The notes: generated by a model not told the origin, from the sequence alone. A DNA stretch of 64,000 bases from an uncultured bacterium (GCA_963772145.1 CAVYVY010000007.1:26942-90941), one strand, 5' to 3'; shown: positions 27,022 to 37,675, numbered from the stretch's first letter. Numbers and translations: made by a program.

Positions 27022-29818
27022 CTACGGCAACGGCGTTTCGGTGGCCGACTGGGTCGCGCCGTCGAAATTTTCCTGCCAGGAACGGACGGACAGGTGGAAA
27101 ATCGCCTGACCGATGTCCTGGACCGCGATCGTGGCGTTGCTCGACTGGACGATGATGCTCTCGTTCACGATGTCGAGCACCGGGCGTGAGGCCACCCCCT
27201 CGCCCAGCTCCTCGGACCGCTCCGCGGTGGCCGTACCCTCGAAATCGTCGTCGACCCTGGGCGCGCCGCCGCTGTTGTAGCTCATGTGGTAGAACCACGA
27301 CGTACCGCCCGCCTGGCACGCCTCGCCACTGGGCGCGAACGCGGTGAAGTAGACGTTGTTCGCCACGACCACGGCGCGCTCGGTCACGCGCTCGCCGGAG
27401 CCGCCCCACAGGTCGATGAACCAGCCGCTGGCGTCGCCGATGCTGTTCGTCAGGATCGCTCGTCTGGTCGGCCAGATCCGTGCGCGCGTAGCTGTGGCCG
27501 GAGCCGTCGTCGCGCACGCAGTAGAAGCTGTTCGGGTCGGTGGTCGTGACATCGTCGTCGGTCAGGTACGCACCGGTGCCGAAGTAGACGAACAGGTGGG
27601 TCTCGTCGCCGAAGGCGGTGCACGGCTGCGCCGTGATCGGCTGACCGGCCGAGAACAGGCGGGTCAGTTCCCAGCTGACGGGGTCGCTGTCGGTGGCGAG
27701 GCCGAAGCGCCACATGTTGCCGAGCAGGTCGCCGATGTAGACGACATCGGTGTTGCCGTCGAAATCCATATCGACGGCGCGCGGGGTGGTGGCCATGTTG
27801 CGGCCGCTGTTGCCGGTGCTCAGCAGGATGTTGCCGAGCTGCTGGCCGGTCTCGACATCGAGGACATTCAGCCAGGCGCGCCGGGTGGTCGCGTCGAGAC
27901 CGGAACCGACCAGCACGACCGAGCGGTTGTCCACCCGCGCGAACTCAGCCTCGGACCAGGAATCGCCGTAGCCGGCCAGATCGGTTTCCCACATCACGAC
28001 CGGCGCCGCCGGATCGGTCACGTCGAGGGCGAAGTAGGCGCTGCCGCCCTCCCGTCCGCCGCCCACGAGCACGGTTTTCCACGTGTCGCCGATCTTCACG
28101 TCGCGGATGGAGGGGGTCAGGTCGACGGTATAGGTGTGACAGTAGGCCGAGTCGGCGATCGTCTTGAGCTTCGGCAGGACGAACTGCGGCACGAAAGCCC
28201 ACAACTCCTCGCCGCTCTCGGCGCTGAAGGCGTGGAGCATGCCGTCGTTGGCGCCCACGTAGATGGTGCGCGGACGGTCGCGGTTCGTCTGCATGAAGGT
28301 CTGGTATAGCGGGTCGGTGTTGAAGAAGTTCGGCGCGCCGACCACCACGGGAGTGGAGTGGATGATGTCGCCCAGGACCCAGCCGTCGCGTTCGCGGCGG
28401 CCGTTGCTCGGCTGGCCGCGCGTCCACTGCATCATATAGGAGGCGGAATCGGCGTCGTCGAAGCCCATGGCGTGCGCGAGCAGGGGGCCGTTCGAGCTGT
28501 CCCAGTCGCGGCGCTCGCCGTCAAAGAAGGTGAAGATCTGGCGCGTGTCCGGGTCGCGGTCGGCCAGGATCGCGCCGGCTTCCCAGGCCGCGCTCTCGCC
28601 CGCCTCGTACGGCAGATCGAACGCCTCCAGGAAGCCGCGCCACAGCCCCGGCATGAACTTGCCGCGATACAGCCGGTCGTTGTCGCCGCGCTCGGTCGAC
28701 ACGACGGCCACGGCCGAGCCGGACGAGATCTTCGTCACGATGTCCTGCATGATCCGCGACAGGCTCAGCCACAACTCGGCGGCGTTGCTGGCGAGCAGGT
28801 ACATGCCGTCGCCGTTGACGGCCGTGCTGCGCAGGATCCCGCCGTCGAGGCCGAAACCGATCGTGTAGGTGATGACGGTCTGGTCGCCAGGCATCCCCTC
28901 GTCGGTGCGCAGGTCGTTGTGGCGCATGTAGTAGGCCACGTCGTCCATGTAGTCGCTGCAGTAGTTCGTCTCGGGATACGGCGCGCCGAGGGAGGCGCAG
29001 GTGCCCGGATCGAGCCCGTCGCCGTCGGCATCGCGCAGGTAGGCGCTGACGCCCAGGTCGTAGGTGGGAAAACCGTCGGTCATGACGATCAGGAAGTTGT
29101 ACTGGCACGGCTGCTGGATCGGCCGGTTGGCGCCCGTGCCCTTGAAGTAGTCGAGGATGTCTTCCATCGTCTCGCCCGTGGGCGTCCAGGTGGTCGCCGA
29201 CACGAGGTTGACGGTTTTGCGCAGGGTCACGGTGTCGGTTCCGCAGTTGGCCACGACGGTGCCGCCGTCGTCGTTGTTGAAGCGGGTCAGACCGAAACGC
29301 ACGTTGCGCGAGCGCTTGATGATGTCGGTCGTGACCATCTTCGCCACCTGCACGCGCGTCACCCGCGGGATCGCGTCGCGCTGACCGGCCGAGGCGTTGA
29401 AGTAGATCCAGTTCAGATAGTTGCCGTAGTAGCGACCGTTCTGGCCGCCGTCGGAATTGACCAGATAGGCGGTCGGCGTGGCCGGCAGCGTGCCGATGAA
29501 GCTGCGCGCCGAGCGGAGACCGTCGGTCGCCACATTGTAGATGGTGCCGGGCACGAAGCGGAGCGTCGTGCTCCCCCCCGAGCCGGCATACACCACGTTC
29601 GGGTCGTAGCCCGCGTGGAACATCGCCTCGTTCATCGAGCCCGAGTTGTCGAACAGGATCATGACGTTGGCGTCGACCGAGCCCTGCTTGACGAACAGTG
29701 GCACTTCGCACCCCTGCGCCGCCGCCAGGGCCGGCAGACCGAGCCCCGCCGCAACACCGGCCACCAGAAACAGCCACGGGCCGGACGCCCGCCGCTTCCC
29801 TCCTGTGCACGCATGCAT
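27022..29818 (-). CDS. pilY1: PilY1/PilC-like pilus tip adhesin with VWA domain (copy 2), one frame break near 27460
   Basis: ORF 26843..29818 N-terminus: signal peptide, VMILFDNSGSMNE, MTDGFPT, DMDFDGNTDVVYIGDLLGNMWRF. The true C-terminus (GDASGWFIDLWGGSGERVTERAV..SVRSWQENF) is in ORF 27022..27552. Confidence 0.8.
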
Positions 29819-29887
29819 GATGACACCCCTCGTTAGGTGGCCCTGTGATCGGCTATGGGCAGTCCGGACGCGGCCGCGCCGCGGCCG

Positions 29888-30346
29888 TTATTGGTAGCCT
29901 TCCCGATACAGCCTGGCGGCAACGACCTGTACGGCGCTGTTGCCCTGCGTGCCGGTCGTGCCGGCGGCATCCACCGCGTATTCGTAGTCCAGATAGTCCG
30001 TGCCCCAGCCCGCCTTGGGCCGCTTGCGCAGAAAACGGCAGCCGTACCGGTAGTTCTGACCCGCGTCGATGCTGGTGGCGCCCTGGGTCCGCACCGTCAT
30101 GTCGGCGAAATCGGTGATCGGCGGCGGGTCGTCGGCCAGGCGGATGAAGTTGATGGCCGCCTCGCCTCCGGCGTCCGCCGAGAAGAGGGCGCGCACGTGG
30201 ACGGACTCGGCCGTCGTCGCCTTGTGCTCGGAGGAGGCCAGCCAGCTGGCGCCCACCGCAATGACGGTCAGCACCAGGATGATCAGGAGGGTCGCAATGA
30301 GCGCGAAGCCCTCCCGCCCCGGTCGTGGCGAGGTGCGAGAAGTCAT
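29888..30346 (-). CDS. pilX: PilX-like minor pilin (copy 2)
   Basis: ATG 30346 within ORF 29888..30412. REGFALIATLLIILVLTVIAVG. C-terminal GWGTDYLDYEYAVDA..RLYREGYQ parallels copy 1. Confidence 0.7.
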   Translation of the reverse strand: MTSRTSPRPGREGFALIATLLIILVLTVIAVGASWLASSEHKATTAESVHVRALFSADAGGEAAINFIRLADDPPPITDFADMTVRTQGATSIDAGQNYRYGCRFLRKRPKAGWGTDYLDYEYAVDAAGTTGTQGNSAVQVVAARLYREGYQ

Positions 30347-30390
30347 GCGAGGTCCTGCCTTCCCTGCGTCCGGCGGCAGCGCCGGCCGCG

Positions 30391-30980
30391 TCAACCGTTG
30401 CGGACAAGACACGCGTTACATAATTCAGCGGCTCCCCCTGCTCGGATTCGCCGGCGATGTTGATCTCCACGAAGCGGATCTGGGCCCGGTCCGCGGCGAT
30501 GAGCGGACGCGACGCCAGCTCCACGCCGGCGGCGTCGAAGTAGCGGAAGTCCACCGCCGTCACGTTGCGCAGGATCACCTGCGCTCCGGAGCCGGAATCC
30601 CGCAGCAGTTCGCGGTTGTTGGCGACGTAGGTGTAGCTGACGTCCTCGGCCGGCTCCACCGCCTCGATGGCGCCGTCGCCGTCGAGATCCATGCGGCACT
30701 GGAAGCTCGTCGCGTCGGCCAGCGGGAAGGTGTTGAAGCCGGCGCTGGCCGGATCGCAGCCCGCCGAGCGCACCTCGCGAGAGACCAGACCGAGCACCCC
30801 CCGCACGTTCTGCTGGTACTCGACGCGGGCGCTCATGTCGGTGTAGCTGCGGCGCGACCGGGTCATGAATCCGAAGATGACCCCCATCGCAACGCCGAAC
30901 ATGGCGATCGCCACCATCATTTCCACCAGGGTCAGGCCGCGGCGGTCGGTCAGCGGCGCGATGCCTCGAAATGTCTTCAC
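30391..30980 (-). CDS. pilW: PilW-like minor pilin; 3' end inferred
   Basis: GTG 30980 after AAGGGGGGG. Prepilin N-terminus RRGLTLVEMMVAIAMFGV. As assembled, the ORF runs on to 29853 across pilX. A one-base shift near 30408 gives ..VLVRNG ending at 30391-30393, which is a typical minor-pilin ending. Confidence 0.6.
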
Positions 30981-30991
30981 GGCCCCCCCTT

Positions 30992-31426
30992 TCAGCGCAT
31001 CGATACGAGCGACACCATGCGGAGCGTCTGGTTCACGCGGCCGTCGTTCCACGTCACGGTCACGCCGACCTGGTTCATGCCGAAGGAGACGTTCTGGACG
31101 TCTGCCACCCAGCGCAGCTGGCCAACGTCGCCCGAGTCGGGCACGGCATTGCCGAAGCCGGCCCCCTTGGCCTGCTCGATCCGGCTCTGGGCCAGGACGA
31201 TTGCCTGGGTGTAGCGGTCCGCGTGGCCCACCTCGCGGCGCGCGTTCGACTGCACGAGCGCCAGCGGGACGATCCCGATGCTCAGGATCGCCATGACGAT
31301 CAGGATTTCGACGAGCGTAAAGCCGCCGCGATCAGGCCGCGGGCCGCACTGCGGAAGCGGCCGCCCGGAGCACCGGCTCCGCGGACGGGATGCCTGTCGC
31401 ACTGAACGAGCTCGACACCGGTTCAT
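30992..31426 (-). CDS. pilV: PilV-like minor pilin
   Basis: ATG 31426 lies 2 nt after the upstream stop and has a GGAGG. DRGGFTLVEILIVMAILSIGIV. Unusually long (about 33 aa) Arg/Cys-rich leader. Confidence 0.65.
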   Translation of the reverse strand: MNRCRARSVRQASRPRSRCSGRPLPQCGPRPDRGGFTLVEILIVMAILSIGIVPLALVQSNARREVGHADRYTQAIVLAQSRIEQAKGAGFGNAVPDSGDVGQLRWVADVQNVSFGMNQVGVTVTWNDGRVNQTLRMVSLVSMR

Positions 31427-31427
31427 C

Positions 31428-31844
31428 TCAGTGGACCTCCACCGTTCCGGTCGGCAACAGGTTGATCGTGCGCGTCGCGCCATTGCAGCCATCGACGCTG
31501 AAATCCTCCGCGTCGGACTGGCCCCACGGGAAGAAGCGGACATCGCCGCCGGCCGAAAGCGCCACGCCGGGCTCGAAGGTGCGGCTCCACACCACGGCTC
31601 CGGTACCCAGATCGGTCATCGTGTAGCCGTCCTCCCGCACCGCCACCTGCACAACGCGACCGCTGGCGATGGCGGTCGAGCGGGCCAGTTGCAGATCGGC
31701 GGCGAACCGGTTCACTGAAGTTGAAAGACGGTTGGATCGCACGTAATTCCCGAAAGCGGGCAGCGACACGGCCGCCACCAGGCCGAAAACCGAGATCACA
31801 ACCATGATCTCGACGAGGTTGAAGCCGCGTTTGTCCTTCAGCAT
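31428..31844 (-). CDS. fimT: GspH/FimT-like minor pilin
   Basis: ATG 31844 within ORF 31428..31925. MLKDKRGFNLVEIMVVISVFGLVAAVSLP prepilin N-terminus. Confidence 0.7.
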   Translation of the reverse strand: MLKDKRGFNLVEIMVVISVFGLVAAVSLPAFGNYVRSNRLSTSVNRFAADLQLARSTAIASGRVVQVAVREDGYTMTDLGTGAVVWSRTFEPGVALSAGGDVRFFPWGQSDAEDFSVDGCNGATRTINLLPTGTVEVH

Positions 31845-31960
31845 GGCGCTGAATGCCTCGTTTCCGGCCCTTGCCCCGGAGTACAGGGATGGTGAGCCGC
31901 CCGGAGGCAGCAAGGCATGTGCCACCCCGTGGATCTCTCAACGTATTGATAATATGATAG

Positions 31961-33280
31961 TTATGCGGTGTCCGGCGTCCCGGGGGCGTGCAGTTCGCCC
32001 GCCTGCGGGGCCGATTCTGCCGGGGGGGTTGCATCCTGCGCCGCCAAACGGACCGGCAGAAAAGCGCGGCCGGCCAGACCGAGGACCAGCTCGAACAGCC
32101 CGGAAACCGCGAGCACCGGCACGACCCCGAGGGCGTCGGCGGCCAGCGGCCCGCAGAAAACCGAAAGCAGCGAGAGCGGCCCCATCAGCGGGCTGAGCCA
32201 GCCGAACACCCGGCCGCGGCGGTCTTCCGGGGTCTCGCTCTGCAGGAACGTGGCCAGGTTGATCTGCGCGGCGGCGCCGAGCGCCCCGAACAGGCCGAAG
32301 AGCAGCAGCGCGCCGGCGAAACTGCGGTTCACGGCGAACAGGACCAGCGCCAGGCCGTCGATCGCCACGAGCCAGGTGACGTTGCGCAGCGTCTGCCGTC
32401 CGCGCGAGAGCAGGCCGGCGGCGAGCGCTCCCACGAGTCCGCCCAGACCCGCGGCCGAAAGCACGAGACCCAGATCGACGTCGCCGCGCTGCAGCACGCT
32501 CTTCACGAACACGATCACCAGCGGCTGCTGCATGGCGGTCACGAAGGCCATGCCGGCCAGGAACAGGAAAGCGAAGCGCAGCCGCGGCTGCCGCCAGAGC
32601 CAGATCGCCGTTCCGCGAATGTCGGCGCCGGCCACGGCCAGGCGCGTCCGGCCCGACGCGGCGGTCGCGGCGCTCGTGGCGTTGTCGGCGCGGCGTGCGC
32701 GCGCCTCCTCGAGGTAGACGAAGCCGCGCGCCCCCAGCAGCGCCGCCGAGGCGACGAACGACACCGCGTTGACCCCGAACGCCGCGGCGGTGCCCGACAG
32801 CGCCACCAGCCCGCCACCGATCGCGGGGCCGATCAGCAGCACCAGATTCTGCGTCACCATGGTCAGGGCGTTGGCCCGGTTGAGCTGCGCCGCCGGCACG
32901 AGGTCCGGCAGCAGCGCCAGGCGCGCCGGCCCGGCGATCTGGCGCCCCGCCGACAACAGCGCCGCCAAAGCGTAGACCGCCGGCAGATCATGCGCCCAGG
33001 CGAGGGCCCCGGCCACCACGGCGCTGCCGAGATCGCACCAGATCATCGCGGCGCGCCGGTCGCGCCGGTCGAGCAGCAGCCCCACCACCGGCCCCAGAAG
33101 AATCGCCGGCACGATCTGCACCGCCGCCAGCAGACCCAGATCGACCGCGCGGCCGGAGAGGCGGTACACCTGCAGGTAGAGCGCGATGATGGCGATCTTG
33201 TCGCCGAGACCGGATACGAGGGAGGCGCTCCAGACCGCCAGGAAAGCACGGTTGCGCAGCAGCTCGCGCAGGTCGGTCAT
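31961..33280 (-). CDS. MFS transporter (MFS_3 / DHA3-like, EntS-Mef group by N-terminal pattern)
   Basis: ORF 31961..33280; RNRAFLAVWSASLVSGLGDKIAIIALYLQVY..LLDRRDRR; 12 TM-like segments. The ATG overlaps the hflX stop (ATGA). Confidence 0.75.
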   Translation of the reverse strand: MTDLRELLRNRAFLAVWSASLVSGLGDKIAIIALYLQVYRLSGRAVDLGLLAAVQIVPAILLGPVVGLLLDRRDRRAAMIWCDLGSAVVAGALAWAHDLPAVYALAALLSAGRQIAGPARLALLPDLVPAAQLNRANALTMVTQNLVLLIGPAIGGGLVALSGTAAAFGVNAVSFVASAALLGARGFVYLEEARARRADNATSAATAASGRTRLAVAGADIRGTAIWLWRQPRLRFAFLFLAGMAFVTAMQQPLVIVFVKSVLQRGDVDLGLVLSAAGLGGLVGALAAGLLSRGRQTLRNVTWLVAIDGLALVLFAVNRSFAGALLLFGLFGALGAAAQINLATFLQSETPEDRRGRVFGWLSPLMGPLSLLSVFCGPLAADALGVVPVLAVSGLFELVLGLAGRAFLPVRLAAQDATPPAESAPQAGELHAPGTPDTA

Positions 33281-34587
33281 GCCGCGCCCTTCCCCCGCAA
33301 CGACGGATGGCGCGCCAGCAGGCGCCGGTGCTCTTCCTCGCGCATCCTCACGACCACCTGGCAGCTATCCCCCTCCCAGATCTGCTCCAGTACGGCGCCG
33401 GTGCGGTGGAACACCGCGATCAGGTCGGCGCGCGAGGCCGGAATCGTCAGACGGTAGACTTTTTCCCTCGCCAGGAGGCGCCGCACGATCGATTCCCGCA
33501 CCGCGGCCGCCCCTTCGGGCGCCAGGGCCGACACGAACAGCGCCTCGGGATGCAGCCGCGCGAACCGGTTGCGCAGCGCCTCGTCGGGCGCGAGATCGAT
33601 CTTGTTGAAGACGAGCTGGACCGCGCGATCCTCGGGGACAAGGCCGGCCAGCACGCGATTCACCGACTCGATCTGCCGCTCCGGATCGGGGCTCGACGCC
33701 TCCACGACATGCAGCAGCAGGTCGGCGTCGCGCACCTCCTGCAGGGTCGCCTGGAAAGACTCCACGAGGTGGTGCGGCAGGCGCCGGATGAAGCCCACCG
33801 TGTCGGTGAGCAGGAAGCGGCGGCGCTCGTCCACCTCCACGCGCCGCGTGGTGGCGTCGAGGGTGGCGAACAGGCGATCCTCCACGAAAACTCCCGCCTG
33901 GGTCAGGGCGTTCATGAGCGTCGACTTGCCGGCATTCGTGTAGCCGACGAGCGCCACCGTGAACTCCCCCTGCCGACGTCGACGCTGCTCGTGATGATCG
34001 CTGGCCACCTCGGCCAGGTCCCGCTTGAGCTGTGCGATGCGGCGCCCGATCAGGCGGCGGTCGGTTTCGAGCTGCGTTTCGCCGGGGCCGCGCGTGCCGA
34101 TGCCACCCGCCTGCCGCTCCAGGTGCGACCAGAGCCGGGTCAGCCGCGGCAGCATGTACTGCAACTGGGCCAGCTCGACCTGCAGCCGCGCTTCGCTCGT
34201 GCGGGCGCGGCGCGCGAAAATGTCGAGGATCAGCTCGGTGCGGTCCAGCACGCGGGCGCCGAGCTCCTTCTCGAGGTTGCGCCCCTGCGCCGGCGCCAGA
34301 TCGTTGTCGAAGACGACCAGGCTGGCGTTGCTCGCCTCGATCAGGGCCTTGAGTTCGGCCAGCTTCCCTTTGCCCAGGAAGGTGGACGGCTCGGGCCGGT
34401 CGCGCTTCTGCAGGATCTCGCCGCACACCACGCCGCCGGCGGTTTCCACGAGTCGCGCCAGCTCCGCCGTGTCGGGCGGGCCGCCAATCTCCTCGCCGAA
34501 ACGCAGCGGCAGGTGGACCCCGACCAGGATGACCCGCTCCACCGCCGCGGCCGTGCTGGTGTCATACGATTTCCTGGGCTCAGCCAT
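33277..34587 (-). CDS. hflX: GTPase HflX, intact
   Basis: ATG 34587 after GAGGGAG. Motifs: LAELKALIEASNASLVVFDNDL, RGPGETQLETDRR, VGYTNAGKSTLMN, DTVGFI, NKID. Confidence 0.9.
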   Translation of the reverse strand: MAEPRKSYDTSTAAAVERVILVGVHLPLRFGEEIGGPPDTAELARLVETAGGVVCGEILQKRDRPEPSTFLGKGKLAELKALIEASNASLVVFDNDLAPAQGRNLEKELGARVLDRTELILDIFARRARTSEARLQVELAQLQYMLPRLTRLWSHLERQAGGIGTRGPGETQLETDRRLIGRRIAQLKRDLAEVASDHHEQRRRRQGEFTVALVGYTNAGKSTLMNALTQAGVFVEDRLFATLDATTRRVEVDERRRFLLTDTVGFIRRLPHHLVESFQATLQEVRDADLLLHVVEASSPDPERQIESVNRVLAGLVPEDRAVQLVFNKIDLAPDEALRNRFARLHPEALFVSALAPEGAAAVRESIVRRLLAREKVYRLTIPASRADLIAVFHRTGAVLEQIWEGDSCQVVVRMREEEHRRLLARHPSLRGKGAA

Positions 34588-36537
34588 CCGTTGCTCCCTC
34601 GATTTCGCGGCCCCATTGTTCCCACCGCGCCAGCCGCTCGGCAAGCACGGCTTCGGTCTCCGTCAGGCATTCGCTCAGTTCGCGGACCCGTGCCGGCGCG
34701 AGCCGCGGCTGCGCCAGCTCCGCCATGACCTCGTCGCGCCGCTGCTCCAGCCGGCCGATCTCCGCCTCCGCCTCCGCGATCCAGAGCAGGCGACGCGTCC
34801 GCTCGTTCTTGCTCAGCGACGCCTCCCCCGCGCCCCGCGGACGCGCGGCGCCGCCCCGCTCGCCGGGGCCCTGAGCGGCGGCCGGGGCGCCGGCGGCCCG
34901 CGCGGCCTGCCGTTCGCGCCACTGCGCGTAATTGCCGGAGAACAGCTCCACGCGGCTGCCCGCGGCGCCGGTCGGGTCCGGCGTGAAGACCGCCAGGCGC
35001 TGCGCCACGCGGTCGAGGAAGCGCCGGTCGTGGCTCACCACGATCAGCGTCCCCGCGAAGCCCGCGAGCGCCTCCTCGAGCGCCTCGCAGGCGTGCACGT
35101 CGAGATGGTTGGTCGGCTCGTCGAGCAGCAGCGTGTTGTGCCCCTCCCTGATCAGCCGCATCAGCGCCAGCCGCCCCCGTTCGCCGCCGGAGAGCGCGCC
35201 GACCGGGCGGTCGAAGGCGTCGGGACCGAAGCCGAAGGCGGCCAGGAAGCTGCGCAGCTCACCGACCGTGGCGGCCGGGGCGGCGTGAGCCATCTCCTCC
35301 AGCACGGTCCGGGCGTCGGAGACCGTGCGCAAATGCTGGTCGTAGTAGCCGAGATCGACGTGATGACCGATTTTCACGCCGCCACGGTCCGGGAGGTCGA
35401 GACCCGCCAGCAGGCGCAGCAGCGTGCTCTTGCCACAACCGTTCGGGCCGACGATGCCGAGACGTTCGCCCCGGGCCACCAAAAGGTCGAGTCCGGTCCA
35501 GAGCGGCCGCCCGTCGAATCCGCGGGACAGGTCCTCCACTTCGAACCGTCAGGCCGCCGCTCTCGCGCCGCGGCACGAGCCGCATGGTGAACCCGCCCTC
35601 CTCGCCGGGCGGCCGTTCGAGCCGCTCCTCGCGCGCGAGCAGCTTGCGGCGCGACTGGGCCTGCTTCGTCTTCTGTCCCGCGAGATTGCGGCGGATGAAA
35701 TCCTCCGTGCCGCGGATGCGCTCCTGCTGCCGCGACCACGCCGTCAGCGCCTGCCGCTCCTGCTCGCCGCGCGCCCGCGTGAAGAACGTGTAGTTGCCCG
35801 AGTAGGTGGTGAGGCGTCCGCGGGAGAGGTGCAGGGTCTGGGTGGCGACGCGATCCAGGAAGAACCGGTCGTGCGAGACGAGGATCATCGCGCACGGCAG
35901 GCGCAGCAGGAACTCCTCCAGCCATTCGCAGGCGTCGAGATCGAGGTGGTTGGTCGGTTCGTCCAGCAGCAGCAGGTCGCCGCCAGCCAGCAGGACCGAC
36001 GCCAGCGCCGCGCGCCGCCGCTCGCCGCCCGACAACGTGCCGAGCGATCGCGGCCAGAGGTCGGGCGGCAGGCCGAGCCCGTGCAGGGCGCTTTCGAGGC
36101 GGGCGCGGCAGCTGTAGCCGGCCAGCCGTTCGTACTCCGCCTGCAGGCGCCCCTGGCGCCGCGCAAGCTCCTCCCACGCGGCGGGGGGGGCCCCTTCGAG
36201 CGCCGTCGCCACCCGCGCCAACTCGTCTTCGAGCGCCAGTTCGGGAGCGAACGCCGCGCTGAGCACGCTGTCGTACAGGGCCTCCCCGTCCGCCTGCCCC
36301 GCAGTCGAACGTCGTCTCCTGGCGCAACAGGCGGATGACCGCCCGCGTGGCGACCTGGCGCGTGCCGCCGTGCAGCGGCAGATCCCCGGTGAGGAGGGAA
36401 AACAGGGTCGACTTGCCCGCGCCGTTGTCGCCCACCAGCGCGCTCTTCACCCCGGCAAAGATGCTGAGACTCGACTCGTGCAGGATTCTTTCGCGCCCGA
36501 AATCAAAGCTGGCGTTCTGCAGGGAGACGATCGACAT
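34580..36537 (-). CDS. ABC-F family ATPase (two NBDs, C-terminal coiled coil), two frame breaks
   Basis: Fragments: 36537.. (GDNGAGKSTL), 35259..36266 (LSGGERRRAALA, LLLLDEPTNHLD, linker RNLAGQKTKQAQSRRK), 34580..35539 (GPNGCGKSTLL, LSGGERGRLAL, LLLDEPTNHLD). Confidence 0.85.
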
Positions 36538-36718
36538 GCGCCTTGCCGTTCCGCGCCGCCGCCGCGGGCGATCCCGGGCGCGGGCTGGTGCCAAACTTGC
36601 TGGCTTGCCGGAAGATTCCGGGATCTGTGTCCGACTTCCCGTTCACCGCCGGCGGTGCCGACCCGCCGGCTGGTCGGCCGCCCGATCCACAATTTATTAT
36701 CAGAAAGGGAGTTAGTCC

Positions 36719-37675
36719 ATGTCAACGCCGTCGGTGGCGGTCATCGTGCCCACTCTCGACAGCGCCGGCACCCTCGGCGCCGCGCTGCGCGCGGTGACCG
36801 AACTGGACTGGCCCCGGGAAGATCTGGACCTGATTATCGTCGACGGCGGCAGCGTCGACGACACCCTCGGCCTGGCCCGGGAGCACAACGCGCGGCTGTT
36901 CGTGCGTGGCGGAACCGACTCCGACTTCCGGCGCAACTTCGCCGCCGGCCAGACCGACGCCCTCACCCTCTTCTTCCTCGACCCCCGCTGCGCGCCGCCG
37001 CGCGACTGGGTGCGCGCCTCGCTGCGCCACCTGGAACTGGCCCAGGTGGCGGCCGTGGGCGTGCGTCCGGTGCCCCCCTCCGGTCCGGACGCCTCGTGGG
37101 TCCAGCGCGCCTGGGCGCAGCGCTGCCTCGCCCGTCCGTCCGACGCGCCGACACGCCGCCTCGATGTCCGGCTTCTGGCGGTGCGCCGATTCGAGTTCCT
37201 GGCGGCCGGCGGCTTCCCTGAGGGCTACGGCGCCGTCGCGGTGACGGAGCTGCTGCGACGCATCGCCGGGCCCGGTTCGGCCCGCCGTCGCCTCGTCGCC
37301 CTCACGCGCGCCGACGGCGTGCGCCTGGGCACTGGTCGTGGCCTGCGCGACTTCTACCGCGCCCAGCGCCGCCTCGGCGAGGCGTCGCTCAGCGACGGCC
37401 TGAGGCTCGGGCTGGTCGCCACCGACACGGCGCACGTCCTCATGCCGCTCTACGGCCTGCTGGCCACCTTCGCGCTGCTCGCCAGCGGGCTGCGGCATGC
37501 CCTGGCCGCCCGTCCCCTGGATCTCGAACTGGCGCTGGTCGCGGCCGCCGCGCTCCTGCCCAGCGTCGGCCCGGCGCTCCAGGTAGCGCTGCGGCGGCGC
37601 CGGCCGGATCTGTTCCCCAGGCTCTGGCTGCTTTATGTGGTGCGCATGGCGGCGCGGGGGGCGGCGGTGCGCTGA
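36719..37675 (+). CDS. Family 2 glycosyltransferase
   Basis: ORF 36719..37675; VAVIVPTLDSAGTLGAALRAV, IIVDGGSVDDT. ATG preceded by AAAGGGAG. Confidence 0.7.
   Translation: MSTPSVAVIVPTLDSAGTLGAALRAVTELDWPREDLDLIIVDGGSVDDTLGLAREHNARLFVRGGTDSDFRRNFAAGQTDALTLFFLDPRCAPPRDWVRASLRHLELAQVAAVGVRPVPPSGPDASWVQRAWAQRCLARPSDAPTRRLDVRLLAVRRFEFLAAGGFPEGYGAVAVTELLRRIAGPGSARRRLVALTRADGVRLGTGRGLRDFYRAQRRLGEASLSDGLRLGLVATDTAHVLMPLYGLLATFALLASGLRHALAARPLDLELALVAAAALLPSVGPALQVALRRRRPDLFPRLWLLYVVRMAARGAAVR

Noticed and set aside
29853-31052. A 399-aa ORF that would make PilW a large protein overlapping all of pilX copy 2.
   Set aside because: Beyond about 30400 the translation turns into Arg/Gly-rich junk, while the pilX frame is clearly coding. 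A one-base shift gives a normal minor-pilin ending (..VLVRNG, stop at 30391-30393) 44 nt before the pilX start.
11325-31844. The two inverted pil modules as the arms of an invertible segment or composite mobile element.
   Set aside because: The similarity is mainly at protein level, with only short identical nucleotide patches. There is no recombinase, integrase or transposase, and there are no terminal repeats. The enclosed genes (msrA, ilvE, OPT and others) are ordinary chromosomal genes.
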